Positions 25,490-39,096 of a DNA stretch of 64,000 nt are shown one piece after another. The notes under the pieces are model-generated. The model was not told where the DNA came from. It ran no database searches and saw only the letters and a list, made by a program, of their open reading frames with translations. The translations under genes were made by a program, and so were the position numbers. The stretch's first letter is position 1. Each line of letters opens with the position of its first letter. This DNA is from Octopus sinensis (Eukaryota), in the NCBI RefSeq assembly GCF_006345805.1, contig NW_021832432.1, positions 372,001-436,000 of the forward strand. Reading direction: 5' to 3'.

Positions 25490-25890
25490 CTTATTTCTTT
25501 ATTGCCCACAAGGGGCTAAACATAGAGGGGACAGACAAGGACAGACAAAGGGATTAAGTCAATTACATTGACCCCAGTGCGCAACTGGTACTTATTTAAT
25601 CAACCCCGAAAGGATGAAAGGCAAAGTCGACCTCGGTGGAATTTGAACTCAGAACGTAACAGTAGACGAAATACCTATTTCTTTACTACCCACATGGGGC
25701 TAAACACAGAAAGGACAAACGGATTAAGTCGATTATATCGACCCCAGTGCGTAACTGGTACTTATTTAATCGACCCCGAAAGGATGAAAAGCAAAGTGGA
25801 CCTCGGCGGAATTTGAACTTAGAACGTAGTGGCAGACAAAATACCTTTAAGCATTTCGCCTGGTGTGCTAACATTTCTGCCAGTTTACCG
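25490..25890 (-). mobile_element. Tandem SINE family A copies
   Basis: Two head-to-tail reverse-complement copies, the left one 5' truncated. Confidence 0.8.
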
Positions 25891-26727
25891 CCTTATTCTT
25901 GCAGTTCACCTGCAAGACCTCTATTTCTGCCCCACTACTCATACTCTAGCCTCTCATCTGGCACAAATCCACCTTCCTCAATATTATCCCCGCCACCCAG
26001 TTAAAGGGTCTTGTCTTGTAAATTATTTGGTGACCTCCCTGCTACTGGTGCCATGTAAAAGGCACCCAGTACACTCTCTAAAGTGGTTAGCATTAGGAAG
26101 GGCATACAAGTATAGAAACCATACCAAAACAGACAGTGGAACTTGACACAGTGATCTGACTTGCCAACTCCTGTCAAACCATCCAACTCATGCTAGCATG
26201 GAGAATGGATGTTAAATGATGATAGTGATATATGTTGAGTTTCTTTCAGTTTCTAGCTATCACGTCCACTCACAGGGCTGTGGTTGGCCCTGGGATATTG
26301 TAGAAGGCATTTGCCCAGGGTGCCATATAATGGAACTGAACCCAGGATCACATGGTTACCTGAGCCTATTGTGTTGTGTAAATATCATATAGTGTCAAAA
26401 TGCATCATCAATATCCTGTTGCTTGCTGTCATATTTTAATAATCCATGATACTGAAGTTATAAGTTCTAGCTGTAAAACCAAATACCATTCAATTTAAAA
26501 TAGAGCCACTTAAGCTAAGTAGATAAGGAAAATAATTATATGTGTGTGTCTGTGTGATTGTGTATATACACGATCATCATTCTTTATCATCTAATGTCCA
26601 CTTTTCTGTGTTTGCATGGGTCAGACGGAATTTTCTGAGGCATATTTTTCTATGGCCAAATGCCCTTCATGTTACCAACTCTCATTTGTTTCCAAGCAAG
26701 GTAATATTTCACCATAACCAGACATGT

Positions 26728-26961
26728 ACATTATTTACAATTGATGGATATTTGTCCTCATCTTGTTTGTTGTTGACACAACGTTTTGGCTGATATACCC
26801 TCCAGCCTTCGTCAGGTGTCTTGGGGAAATTTCGAACCTGGTTTCTCATTCCTAAGGTATTTCCCCAAGACACCTGATGGAGGCTGGAGGGTATATCAGC
26901 CGAAACGTTGTGTTAACAACAAACAAGATGAGGACGAATATCCGTCAATTGTAAATAATGT
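26728..26961. ncRNA. Inverted repeat (~103 bp arms) carrying two Penelope-type minimal hammerhead ribozyme motifs
   Basis: Arms 26728-26830 and 26859-26961. Consensus gacac-CTGAYGA-a-ggctg(gagggtatat)cagcc-GAAACGT-T-gtgtc. Confidence 0.75.
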
Positions 26962-27579
26962 CCATAATACCTCATCTTTTAAATATAGAACTGTATAACC
27001 AAACATGTTTTTCATACAAGACTAGAAACAAGCAGCATTATTTGTATGATAGTGATGCTCATCTACAGCCATTGCATGATGTCAGGGCAAGAGTGCACAA
27101 ACACATATGTAGGGTCCTTTCAGTTTCTAGCTACTAAACCCACTCACATGACTTAGGTCAGCTTGTAACTATAGAAAAAGACACTTGTCCCAGCTGACAT
27201 GGGATGTACATCTTAGTCTTAATAATAACTTAATTCCTTTTGAATGCTACTGTTAAAATAGAATTAAAAAATGGATGTAGAAATAATAGAAAATTGATAT
27301 GATGGAAAATAAAAAGCAAAAATGAAAAATGTATTACTAGAGAGCAAGCTAAAGTGGAGAGAATGGAATGGGAATGATTATTAAACTTGGAATGCAGTTA
27401 ATAAAAGTTGGTATAGGGGTCCAATATGCATACATGTTTATGTGGGTGTGTGTGTGTGTGTATGCACACCAGTCATGTACATTAAGCTGATGTAGAAAGT
27501 GGGAAGAAACTGCTCTTGAATGTGGGAAGGTAGGGTGTGTTTTATGGTCTACCTTGTCTGACAATTTTGTTAAGGTCTA

Positions 27580-28050
27580 GTTACATAATAAATGCTTACC
27601 AAAATGTCTGCATTTTGCAAACATCTCAGACTTAGTAAAATTGTGTTCAGTATCATGCAGGTTTTTAAGGATTCAAAGAACATATTTTTTTTATTTCTGT
27701 TCTTATAATGTCTTGACTTTTTCGCTTATGTTTGGAAGCCCTTTGTTTTACTTGACAGATATAACTGGATAATTTCTTTCTCATTTTTCCTTTCAGTGTT
27801 TTTAAAAGAAAACTTATGATTGTAATATATTTGTTTAAACCTTCCCTCAGTCATGTCTGTAGTGTTTATGTGCACCATTGAGGTGGATTGGTTTGGTAAA
27901 GATAACCTTCACTTCATATATACTGGCTTCAGTTTCATAAGTCATATTGAATGGGTATATGTTGGTGGTCTTCCATGTACAGCTGGCGATATTTTTTTTT
28001 CATATGGGTGATATTTGATATGATGGTTTTTATGTTAGCTGTGCAACTGC
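27580..28050 (-). mobile_element. Penelope-like element relic (linker plus GIY-YIG endonuclease)
   Basis: Minus-strand peptides SCTANIKTII, MTEGRFKQIYYNHKFSFKN and KSEMFAKCRHFGKHLL match PLE endonuclease consensus blocks. Confidence 0.75.
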
Positions 28051-28092
28051 AACTAAAGATTATGTCACTTGAATAATTGTTTATATTAATAG

Positions 28093-28318
28093 TTAACCCT
28101 TTTGAGACATGGTGTTTTGGTATGTATAGCCAAAATCACCCACATTTTCTCTCTATTGAGATACATCTATTGAAAGAGGATCTCTGATTTTAGCTATTTC
28201 ACTTCAAAACCAACCATTCACAGCATTTGTTCCATCAGGCCAATGGATTGCTCCCAAAGTCCTTTCAGTTTGTATCACTTGGGCCGATCAATCAACCTGG
28301 GTGACTCAAGAGGGTTAA
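28093..28318. mobile_element. TTAA-flanked piggyBac-like MITE (third family)
   Basis: ttaa-cccttttgagaca ... tgactcaagaggg-ttaa. Confidence 0.55.
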
Positions 28319-29132
28319 TGAGGAAATGCAAACAATTAAAGCAAGAAATTTCTTGGCAATGCAAAACATGCTTTATATATGTGTGTGAGAGTATGTGTTT
28401 TATTCACACTTAATAAGAATTTTAATTAGAATATTCCATTGATATATTACTTATTGTACAACTCACACTTACTTGGTTCATCTGGCTATTAAGAGGTACC
28501 AAGTGTTGGGACAACTTGTTGCTTTATGTAACTGGTAAATATTTTGTTGTTTTGTAGTGCTGTGTTTGAATCCTGTTTGATGTTTTCTAAGAAAGTGCAA
28601 GACTCCACCAGGCTAAATGCTTTCTTACTCACCACTTAAAAGTACCCCAGTGACTTAGTAGATTATGTAACTTATCATTATCATGTATACTATTATGTGT
28701 ATAAATGCAAGTAGGTTTTAGTGTTATTTAGTCACAGGCTGTTTCCTGGACAAAAGGGTCCATGACTGAAATCATTCTAACCTTGACCATTTCATTTTCT
28801 GTTTTCCAACATATCTTTTTTTATACAGAACATTTATTTGTTATCTCCAGCAGATCCTATGACCACATGGTGGTTCCCTTGTTGACTCATAGCATTAGTA
28901 CCTACTTAAGTATTACTTAAAAAATCATACTAGGTTATTGCTGTTAGCATTGTTTCAAATGTACATCTAGATCAAGATCTTCTGCTTAAACTGTCCATCA
29001 TATTGAAATAAAGAGTAACAAGATGTGGCTGTACGTAGATGAAATGGATTTGCTTATGTATATTTCATTTGTGGGTCTGTGTATATGTTAATAGTGTTGT
29101 AGTTGTTTGTTTGGTCCTAGATCAGGCCAGAT

Positions 29133-29796
29133 GTAGCAGACCTATGATGAATGGAATTCTAGTCGTGACTATCTCATATTTCATTGAAACATAGGGTTTC
29201 TAAAATTACATTATTTGGCTGCTGTGTCTAGTAGGTCGAATGACCTATTATCATGTGGCTAAAAATGTTATTCATGACCATGTGGCTTCTGCTTTGGTGC
29301 TTTACACTGCACTTTGTGCAAGAGTCCAGCTATTACCTTGAGAGCTGAAGTTGGTAGACAGAAACTATGTCAAAAATTGTTATATGTATGTGTGTGTGTG
29401 TGTGCATACATGCACACACGCATGCGTGCACACACACACACACACACACGTAACAATCTTCCAAAAAATTTGCTCTCTGCCAGCATCACCTCAATAGGCA
29501 AACAATTGTGATGTTGAACCTCCTTGTTATAAACAGATAGCATATAAACAGATATATATATAGTTTCAAAAGTTAAACATATATATATATGTATGTGTGT
29601 GTGTGTGTAGCAGACCTATGATGAATGGTATTCCAGTCGTAACCATCTCATATTTCATTAAGACATAGGGTTTCTAAAATTACATTATTTGGCTGCTATG
29701 TCTAGTAGGTCGAATGACCTATTATCATATGGCTAAGAATGTTATTCATGACCATGTGACTTCTGCTTTGGTGCTTTGCACTGCACTTTGTGCAAG
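29133..29796 (+). repeat. 190 bp local direct duplication (29133-29322 and 29607-29796)
   Basis: Both copies run from gtagcagacc to tgcaag with scattered substitutions. Confidence 0.85.
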
Positions 29797-29814
29797 TGTC
29801 TGGCTAAACAATTA

Positions 29815-31480
29815 ACTAGTAAACAAAATAAATATAAACAAGAAATTGATATTGATAAAAAAGCATAAGATTACTTTATATCAAAATAATAATAGATAAA
29901 CCAATTCTATGTTATCTCACAAACCAAAGAAAAACACGAGTACTCAGAAAGCAGCGCAAACCTCCGCCAAGGTAACACCAATGTCTCTCAAAGATTAGCC
30001 AGGGATGATTTTTAAAATGAGAATATCTAAAACAAGCTTGACTGCTCTCACAAATGAGAATACTAAAAAAGAACCCAACCACTCTCAAAAATGAAGTAAA
30101 AAAAAAGGAAAAATAATCACAAATCCTTGTCTGGTACCAGATTGATCCCAAAATTCTAATCAGTTCGTGCCAGTCACAAGGCCAAACATCCCTGAAAGTT
30201 TCATCTGATTCCATCCAGTGGTTCTTGAGATATCTTGTCCACAGACAAATAAACAAACAATGCCTGAAAACAATACTTCTGCCTTCGAAGGCGGAGGTAA
30301 TAAAAAATAACCAATTTACAATTGTAATGATCACTACAATGATAACAACATAATTCATAAAAATTGTGTACATGCTCATTCCATTAGCTATAAAAAATCT
30401 AAAACAGATTATAGTGTACCTATAAATATAAATCACCCTGATAAATCTAATAAAATATAGTTTATTATTCCCTATGCTATACAAATTAAAACTAATATAA
30501 TTAAATCTATATTCAAAGCCATCCATAAACACTAACAGTGATAATAGATACAATGAAATAATTAACCATAAAACTATTAATATTGGTTTTAGCCTAGCAT
30601 CTAACTTATTTACTGTTATATCATGTCAACAATAAGAAATTAAATAAATTCTACAATCATAGAAATGTTAATAATAATAAATAAGGCGGCGAGCTGGCAG
30701 AAATGTTAGCATGCCAGACAAAATGCTTAGTGGTATTTTGTCTGTCTTTATGTTCTGAGTTCAAATTTCGCCGAGGTCAACTTTGCCTTTCATCCTTTCA
30801 GGGTCTATAAATTAATTACCAGTTGCATACTGGGGTTGATCTCCCCAAAAATTTCGGTCCTTGTGCCTAGAGTAGAAAAGAATAATAATAATCCTAATAA
30901 CACCCTTGAACTTAAAATACATGTTCCAAATTCTAATAACTCAAATAATTGCTTACATATATATCCCAATAATAGAACCTTAACAACTAATACTAACACT
31001 ACTAATATATATTCCTCATCTAATACAGCCACATATAACAACATTTATGAAAATTGTGATTGTAGAGTTAAAAATTGTAAGTTTAAGAATTCATGTAAAA
31101 GAAAAAGTGTTGTATATCAATGGACTGTTATAAGTAGGAAAAAATATATTTTTATATTGGCTCAACAGAAAATACTATTAAGACTAGAGTGGCAAATCAT
31201 TTTGAAACTTTTAAGAATAGAAAGAAAGCTAATTCCACTGGATTAAGTAAATTTACATGGGAATTAAAAGATAATAATATTAAATTTGATATTAAATGAG
31301 ACATCATTACTTCTGCACTGGCTTACAAAGTCAATAATTAAAAATGTTTTCTTTGTATAACTGAGGCTATTTTTTTTATTATTTCATCTAAGAATACCCT
31401 ACTTAATCTAAGAAATGAGAAAAGTATTTCCTGTATTCATGCGGGAAAATATGTATTTTCCAAATTTAAATAATTGTTTT
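29815..31480 (+). mobile_element. Penelope-like element relic (RT thumb/linker plus GIY-YIG), interrupted by two insertions
   Basis: IKTNIIKSIFKAIHKH near 30490; CDCRVKNC...VVY near 31055; YIGSTENTIKTRVANH...LSKFTWELK...KCFLCITE...LLNLRNE at 31153-31473, with stops and frameshifts. Confidence 0.85.
29931..30301. mobile_element. Helentron/DINE-1-like non-autonomous element (HINE-like)
   Basis: Subterminal acctccgcc at ~29960 and terminal hairpin acttctgcctt-cg-aaggcggaggt at 30275-30298. Inserted in the PLE relic. Confidence 0.55.
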
Positions 31481-31705
31481 ATTATCTCTCTCACTGGAAT
31501 ACCTGTATGTTCACTTTGAATCCCTAGCGCCACAATATAAATTACCTCTCCCATAATCACTACCTAATTAAACCACCTTTAATATTAATTTCTTCTTCTA
31601 TTACATATCTATTACACCAGTGCAGCTTTATCCTTCGACAATGACAAGTCTCTAACTAAATCATTTAACTCTCCTTGAGAAAATTTCTGTGGTACATCTT
31701 TTCAA

Positions 31706-32254
31706 TCATGATTTCACGATTAAAATCGTGAAATCTGCACCCACTTCAGTGTCTTCGACAGCAGTAATATTTTCTTCAGGAAATACATCTTTGTCAGACA
31801 TCTGAAGGCCATTTTCTGGTGGTATTGGAATAAAAAGATCATCATCGTTGTGTGGTACTGGTCTTCTTGCTGATTCCAAGTTGGGATACACAATCTTATG
31901 CTTGGTCTTTACAATAAACCCACATACATTATTAACGTTGCAGAAATAACAGTCCATGAAATGATCCTTTGGCTCTCCCCATATAAGTATTGCAAATGGC
32001 ATTGCTCTCTTCCCCTAATTGAGTCAATCCCTTAGTCCATTTGAACAAGCTGAGCAGATGATGTGCGGGTCCCAACTCTTATCTTGATCCCCAGGAGAGC
32101 AGCCAAAGTATAACTGGTAGATCTTGCAATGGCACATTGCTGAGTTTTGGTGGTAAATGATTTCACTTGTAATGGCACGTTGCTGAGTTTTGGTGGTAAA
32201 TGAACCACAGACATGACAAAATATATCAGGACTATTCTTGCAATGCCTTGACAT
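31706..32254 (-). mobile_element. Chapaev3 (CMC) transposase N-terminal fragment
   Basis: MSRHCKNSPDIFCHVCG...YFGC..GDQDKSWDPHIICSAC and MPFAILIWGEPKDHFMDCYFC...YPNLESARRPVPH are the Chapaev3 N-terminal Cys motifs. Confidence 0.85.
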
Positions 32255-33185
32255 AGAATTTACCTGTATAAGATGTTTATGTGTAGCAATACTGCTGATG
32301 GGAGTTATATACCTCTCTTATTTCATCAGAAAAACTGTGCCTGATAGAAGGAAACTGATGACATTTTTAAAACCTGCAGACAAAACTACATATAAAACAC
32401 CATATAATATCCCTGATGAAAATTGGCTGTTGACCTTTGTAATTAATCATAGTCATGGCCGATGCCAGTGCCATCTGACTGGCACATAAAAAGAACTGTT
32501 TGAGCGTTGGACCTCATGGAGGCAGTGACAGGTAACTGAGACCTTTGGCGATATACCATGCTTGTATAGACCTGTGAAGCAAAGTGAGATCATAGTCGTG
32601 GCTGGTGTCATGTCAGTGGCACATAAAAAGCATCCACTATACTCTTGGAGTGGTTGGCGTTAGGAAGGGCATCCAACTGTAGAAATCTTGCCAAATCAGA
32701 TTGGAACCTGGTGCAGCTCTCTGGCTTACCAGTTTTCAGTCGAACTGTCCAACTCATGCCAGTAGGGAAAGCGGACGTTAAATGATGATGAACTGAGTAG
32801 TCTGGCAAAAGTGACCGAAAGAATAAATACCAAACTGGAAAAAAATATAACTACTGGGTTTGTTTTGTTCAACTAAAACTTTTAAGGTGGTGCCCCAGCA
32901 TGGTTGCAGCCCAGTGAGTGAAGCAAGTAATGGGTAAAATATGGATATATGTTAAACAGGTATAAATGACTGTATCAGATTGAATCAGAACAACATAGGT
33001 AAGAAATGTGTGTGTAATGATAGCGATATACTCACCATTATGGATATCCAGAAGAAAGAGGCATGAAAATGTTCATAAGAAGTTGTTGAATGACAAAAAT
33101 TGTTACAGTAGAGAGGGACTATTCTAGGTAAAGTCAACACAAAGAGCAGCTATTAAAACTGACGACCTTATTGTTGAAATGAACA

Positions 33186-33415
33186 TTAACCTTTTTGTTA
33201 CCAACCCAGCTGAAAACAGATCTGGATCTGAGTACAAATGTCTTATTTTCATAAGTTTTGAAAATTAAAATCTTCCACCAAACCTGAGTCACAATTTATG
33301 TTCCTAACACTAGCTTAATGATAACTAAGTTATTTTGCTAAATTCTTTGTTATATTTAAATTAATTGAAAGATATACAGAGCACCTTAACAGAAATACAG
33401 TAATGAAAGTGTTAA
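33186..33415. mobile_element. TTAA-flanked piggyBac-like MITE
   Basis: ttaa-cctttttgttacc start and gtaatgaaagtg-ttaa end. Related partial copies at ~7975, 17465-17665 and 20700-20882. Confidence 0.6.
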
Positions 33416-33751
33416 ACCTTTTACAGTTAAACTAGCCATATCCATCCCAAATATTTGACCTGTTTTATGTTCAAACTGGCCAGATCTGACCTTTGACTCC
33501 TACCCTATAAAATGCTCATTGAAATTGAGTAGCATCCTGTTTGCCGGGTGGCTGGGTAATTTCAGTCATTTATATGCCATGGAAAGTAGGTTAAGCTCTG
33601 GCCTTATGAATCCTGGGGCTCATAACACAACTATCCCTGCCAAAATGCACATTGAAATCGCACAACTACGAGATAATGTATGATCAATTCAAAGCAGTGT
33701 GAATAAATAAACATTACATTTGACAGAATAATCTGATTGCTAAAGGGTTAA
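33412..33751. mobile_element. TTAA-flanked piggyBac-like MITE (second family) with an internal insertion
   Basis: Ends gctaaaggg-ttaa and shares the TTAA at 33412 with the previous MITE. An uninterrupted copy lies at 47465-47673. Confidence 0.6.
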
Positions 33752-33911
33752 GAATATGCAGGCAGGGCAAACAGCTGAACCATCAAGGATAGTTGCTTGG
33801 GATAAGTGTGTCATAAGATCCAGGATTCATAAGGCCAGAGCTTAACCCACTTTCCATGGCATGCAAATGACTGAAATTACAACCCATCTTTCATCTCCCA
33901 AACAGGATGCT
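33531..33911. repeat. Inverted repeat, ~110 bp arms
   Basis: 33531-33637 is the reverse complement of 33799-33911 with few differences. Confidence 0.85.
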
Positions 33912-36699
33912 GGTCAATTATAAAATTGATTATGATTTTTTTAATACAATCAGAAGGTCATAAATTTGAGGAGAAAGTGCATAATTAGATCAATTTCATC
34001 CTCCTTCATTATTCTATTGGTTCTGCTTTTGATTAATCTCCAAAGGATAAAAATGCAAAGTTGGTCCTGGTGGAATTTAAACTTTTAACATTAAAGATAC
34101 ACATCTAAGCACTGCAAAGCATTTTATCTGTTATTTTACTGATTCTGCCAATTCAATCCTTAATAGCAATAGTAGTAATGATGATGATGGTGGTGATGGT
34201 GATGGTGGTGGTGATGATAACTGTTGGGACCACATTTTATGAATTTTCTTATTTATATTTGAATGTACAAATTTATACATCCTCTTAACATCATTTCATT
34301 ATTACATTAAAGATTTTTTAGACATAACTGAAGTTGTTTAAAGTGTATCACCCAAATGCACAAGTTCCATTAAAGCAGGTTAATATTACAGATATTAATA
34401 AGGTGGCAAGCTGGCAAAATTGCTATTGTATCAGGTTGAATGCCTAGCAGCGTTTTGTCCATTATTATGTTCTGAGTTCAAATTCCGCCAAGGTTGACTT
34501 TGCCTTTCATCCTTTCAGGGTTGATAAAATAAGTACCAGCTGCATACTAGGGTCAATGTAATCAACTTATTCCATCACCTGAACTTGCTGGCCTTGTGCC
34601 AGAATTTGAAATCGACGCTACAGATGTTAACGCAGCATGCTAGCAGAACCGTTACTGTGCTGGGGAAAATGCTTAGTGGCATTTTGTCCATCATTACGTT
34701 TTGAGTTCAAGTTCTGCTGAGGTCGACTTCGCCTCTTATTCTTTCAAGGTCAATGAAATAAGTACCAGTTGTTCACTAGGGTTGATGTAATTGACTGCCT
34801 TCATTCCCCCGCAAACATTTTCCGGCTTTGTGCCCTATAGTAGAAAGGAATCTTATAGATGTTAAGAATCATGGTGCGATAGACAGTAGAATGCCTTACT
34901 AAGCACTTTGTAGTGTTTAGTATTGAGGCTTAAGTTCCAACATTGTATCAGTTGATTTTGCCTTAAGGATCAATAAAATAAGTACCACTCAAATACTGTG
35001 GGTGATTGAATTAGCTATACTTATCCTACCAAATTTTTTGGCAGCCTCATATCAATGCTAGAAACCATTATTACAAACATAGATTTCATTAGTTGCAGTT
35101 TTGAGTTAAAAATCTCACCTTTGGCTGACAGTTTTGTGATTTGATTTGATTTGTCATTGTTGTTTAACCCTTGGCAGGCCTGATGAAGTTAATCTATGAT
35201 CAAAAATATTTTCTCTTTTTATTTGAGTATACTGTATTTTGGACTACGTTATCCAATGTATCTGTTTTATATGTAGTCAGATGTGAGTTGAGGGTGATTT
35301 GGTTGCTAATTCTAGCGAGTTGAACAATCTCATAGTAGCTACTTCATTAGCTCATGAGTTGACTGTTTTTCTTAACAGACAGGATGTCTTAATATCAGAG
35401 AAGCTGAGTTAATCTCCAGCATACTCTGCTTGTTATACAGGACAGCATTCCTAATTAGATGCTGAACACAGCCATCAATGATGCCAAAAGAATTTGCCTA
35501 AACTTGCTTCAGTCAACAAACTTCAAAATTCCAACCTCCCCATATCCCATCACTGCTCCAAATAGTTCTCACTATGTCAGTTATGTGTTGATTAAACCAT
35601 TGACTCACAAGAGATGAATAAATGATGTAAATGCGAATAGCTTTGACAGAGTAAACATTAAAAAACATATTAACTTTATGTTAAACAGACCTTGAGCTTT
35701 CAGCTACTGCTGAAGTTGTATTCAGTAAAAGTAGTATGCTACAAAAGATTAGAGTGGGCTACATATGACACCTTAACTGCTTGAGTAAGTGGAGCATGGT
35801 TTGATTTTAACAGTGCTGATATGGAAGAATGACTATGCAGAGGAATTATTATATTCCTCAACTCTTAATGGATCATTCAAGCTTTCCTAAAGACTTTGTC
35901 TTTATGTGTATTGTCTTGTGAGGAAGTTAGGCTGCCAAAGTACATTCTTCTCTACGTTATTGACATTGGTTGGAAAATGCTTGTTTGAGTAGTGGTATGT
36001 GAGATTAACCTTTTGCTAGTAACCTGTCAGAAGCTGCCTTTAGTTCATCATCATCATCATTTAATGTCTTTTTTCCATGCTGGTATGGACTGCATGGTTT
36101 GACAGGAGCCGGTCAGCTAGAGAGCTGCCCTGGCTCTCTCAGTTCTTTGGCATGGTTTCTACAGCTGGATGCCCTTCCTAATGCCAACCATTTTACACAG
36201 CTCTGGCACAGGTGCATTTATGTGACACTGGCATGAGTGCTTTTTATGTGGCACCAGCACCCCTGGGCTTATAACATAAGGAATGCTCAGCTGCTGTGAT
36301 ATAAAAACCACATTTTTTGTTGTTTTTTTGTTTGAGTATTCATATTTAAAATCTATCTTAATTTTATGTGAGAACACTTTAAATAAATTGTTTCAAACTA
36401 CACCTTGATAAAGAAGAGGTCAGACACCTTACTAAATTCCTCCAAATTCTTGATTATTTTAAAAGTTTTATTGAAATACATAGGCAGCATTATTTCTTGA
36501 GAAATATGGTCAGAAAAGATTTTAAATAGATCGAACTTGTATCATAGATTTATATCATTTGGTTATCCAGAGCTTTCCACTTCTCTACAACATGTCTGTT
36601 TTGTAACTTATCAGTCATATTGTTAAACACAAAGACTAAGGCTTCTTCTGTAAGTTCAGTGATCCTATGTCTAGTTTATGTAAAAATGTATGTACGTAC

Positions 36700-36731
<32 letters not shown>

Positions 36732-37855
36732 AAAAGAGAGAGATGTAAATATATGCCAGAGGTTAATTCTACTTCGTTTATTGTTTATATTTTGTACATC
36801 ACATGTAATAAGCATGATAGCTACATTGTCAATCTCAAGTATGCAAAATGTTTTTATTTATATGTTGCTGTTATCATTTTTGAAGTTGAATAATTGGTTT
36901 CTGAAACAAAGCTCAGAATAGGAGCAGATAGTCATGAATTGTTCGCCTGTGAATTGTACTGAAAATGCTACTGTGTAAAATGACTGCTACAATGAGAGCT
37001 GAGTTGTGTAGTTTGCACAAGTTGCCTTTGTTTTATTTGTCAATGTAAACTTAAAAACAATAGCCTAAGCACCAGTACCCAAGGAAGCTGGTGGCTGTCT
37101 GCATTTATCATCTATCTTTTACTTGTTTCAGTCATTTAGCTGTAGCCATGCTGGGGCACTGCCTTGAAGAATTCAGTCAAACAAATCTCCTCTAATTAAT
37201 ATATATATATATATATTTTAAGGCTGGTACTTGTTCTGTCCATCTCTTTTGCCAAACCACTAAGTCACAAGGACATAAACAAACCAACACTGGTTATCAA
37301 GTGATTAAGGAGTTACAAATACAAAGACACACAGATATATACATATATATGGCAGGTTTCCATACAGTTTCTCTCTACCAAATCCACTCACAATGCATTG
37401 ATTGGCTTGGGGCTATAGTGGAACACACTTGCCATTCTGTGGAACTGAATTTGAAACTGGGTAATTGCAAAGCAAGCTTCTTAATTTCACAGTCTTGCAT
37501 GCACCTATTCACCTAATCCATAGAAAAATTCATAGAAAAGTTTGATAAGACCAATTGCCGTAAGGTATGGTAATTGACTTCATTAAACTTCTTTTAAGCA
37601 ATAATTTAACATGAAAAATTGGCTTCTTTGTGCACATACTAATCCTTTCTACTAAAGGCACAAAGCCTGAAATTTTTGGGGAGGGGACTAATTGATTACA
37701 TCGACCCCAGTGCTTCACTGGTACGTAATTTATTGACACTGAAAGGATGAAAAGCAGAGCCGACCTCGGTGTAATTTGAACTCAGAACGTAAAGGCAGAT
37801 GAAATACTGCAAAGCATTTTGCCTGGTGCGTTAACGATTCTGCCAATTCACCACC

Positions 37856-37856
<1 letters not shown>

Positions 37857-37917
<61 letters not shown>

Positions 37918-37942
37918 CATCATCATCATCATCATCATCATC
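37857..37942. repeat. (AAT)n-(CAT)n microsatellite
   Basis: Directly visible, adjacent to a SINE-A head. Confidence 0.95.
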
Positions 37943-38069
37943 CTTATGAGCATAATAATAATATATAACTAGAATAAATGGGAAGACATAAATTGTTACT
38001 CTTTTCTGCTATTAGTGGAAAAATTCTGTTTGATACTCTCTAAGTTGTTTGATGTATATATAAACAGTT

Positions 38070-38470
38070 TAGGTACAGGAGTGGCTGTGTGGTAAGTAGC
38101 TTGCTTACCAACCACATGGTTCCGGGTTCAATCCCACTGCATGGTACCTTGGGCAAGTGTTTTCTACTATAGCCTTGGGCTGACCAACGCATTGTGAGTA
38201 CGTTTGGTAGAAGGAAACTGAAAGAAGCCTGTCGTATATATATATGTATGTATGTGTGTGTATGTGTTTGTGTGTCTGTGTTTGTCCCCCCCAACATTGC
38301 TTGACAACTGATGCTGGTGTGTTTACATCCCCATAACTTAGCAGTTTGGCAAAAGAGACTGATAGAATAAGTACTAGGCTTACAAAGAATAAGTCCTGGG
38401 GTCGATTTGCTCAACTAAAAGCAGTGCTCCAGCATAGCCACAGTCAAATGACTGAAACAAGTAAAAGAGT
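38070..38470 (+). mobile_element. SINE family B
   Basis: Full copy. Confidence 0.85.
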
Positions 38471-39058
38471 TTATATAATTCAGAAAAAGGTTGTATTTGT
38501 TCTTATTGCTAAAAATATAAATAGTAACAAACTAAAAAGGTCACCTGTTGCATGACAGGTCTTTTGCACATTCTTTTGTGTGGTCTTATTTTTCTTTAAT
38601 ATCATCCTTGTATTATGTAATGGACAAGAACTACATAAAAAAAATATATTTTCATTTGTCTTACAATGAAATGGTGTATGCAATTGAAGCAGTGTTAAAT
38701 TAAAATAGCTATATATGTATCATACTAGTATGTCTATTAGAGATTTAATCTCAGACAAAAAATAACACAGTAATTTGCCTATCAACATTGCATGTATATT
38801 ATGTATGACAAATAGGTGTCTATTCTGATTTAATACTGCTTCAATTGCTTACAGTGGATTGTTTATTCAACTTGGCAGCTATTCACAATACCAGTGAATG
38901 TATTATTCACTGTTTACTACATCAGAGGCAACAAATCTTATTTAGGTATGTGGCTGATCGCAAGTACATATCATTGATGAGGCCCAGAAAAGCCAAAATG
39001 CCTCTGGTGCTCTCACTAGCTGTTGCCAGGATGATTTTTTTTTTGCTGTTTTATCTCC

Positions 39059-39096
<38 letters not shown>

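Noticed and set aside
29912-30553. 213 aa minus-strand ORF
   Set aside because: It is the antisense shadow across a Helentron-like insertion and an AT-rich PLE relic, with no coherent protein signal.
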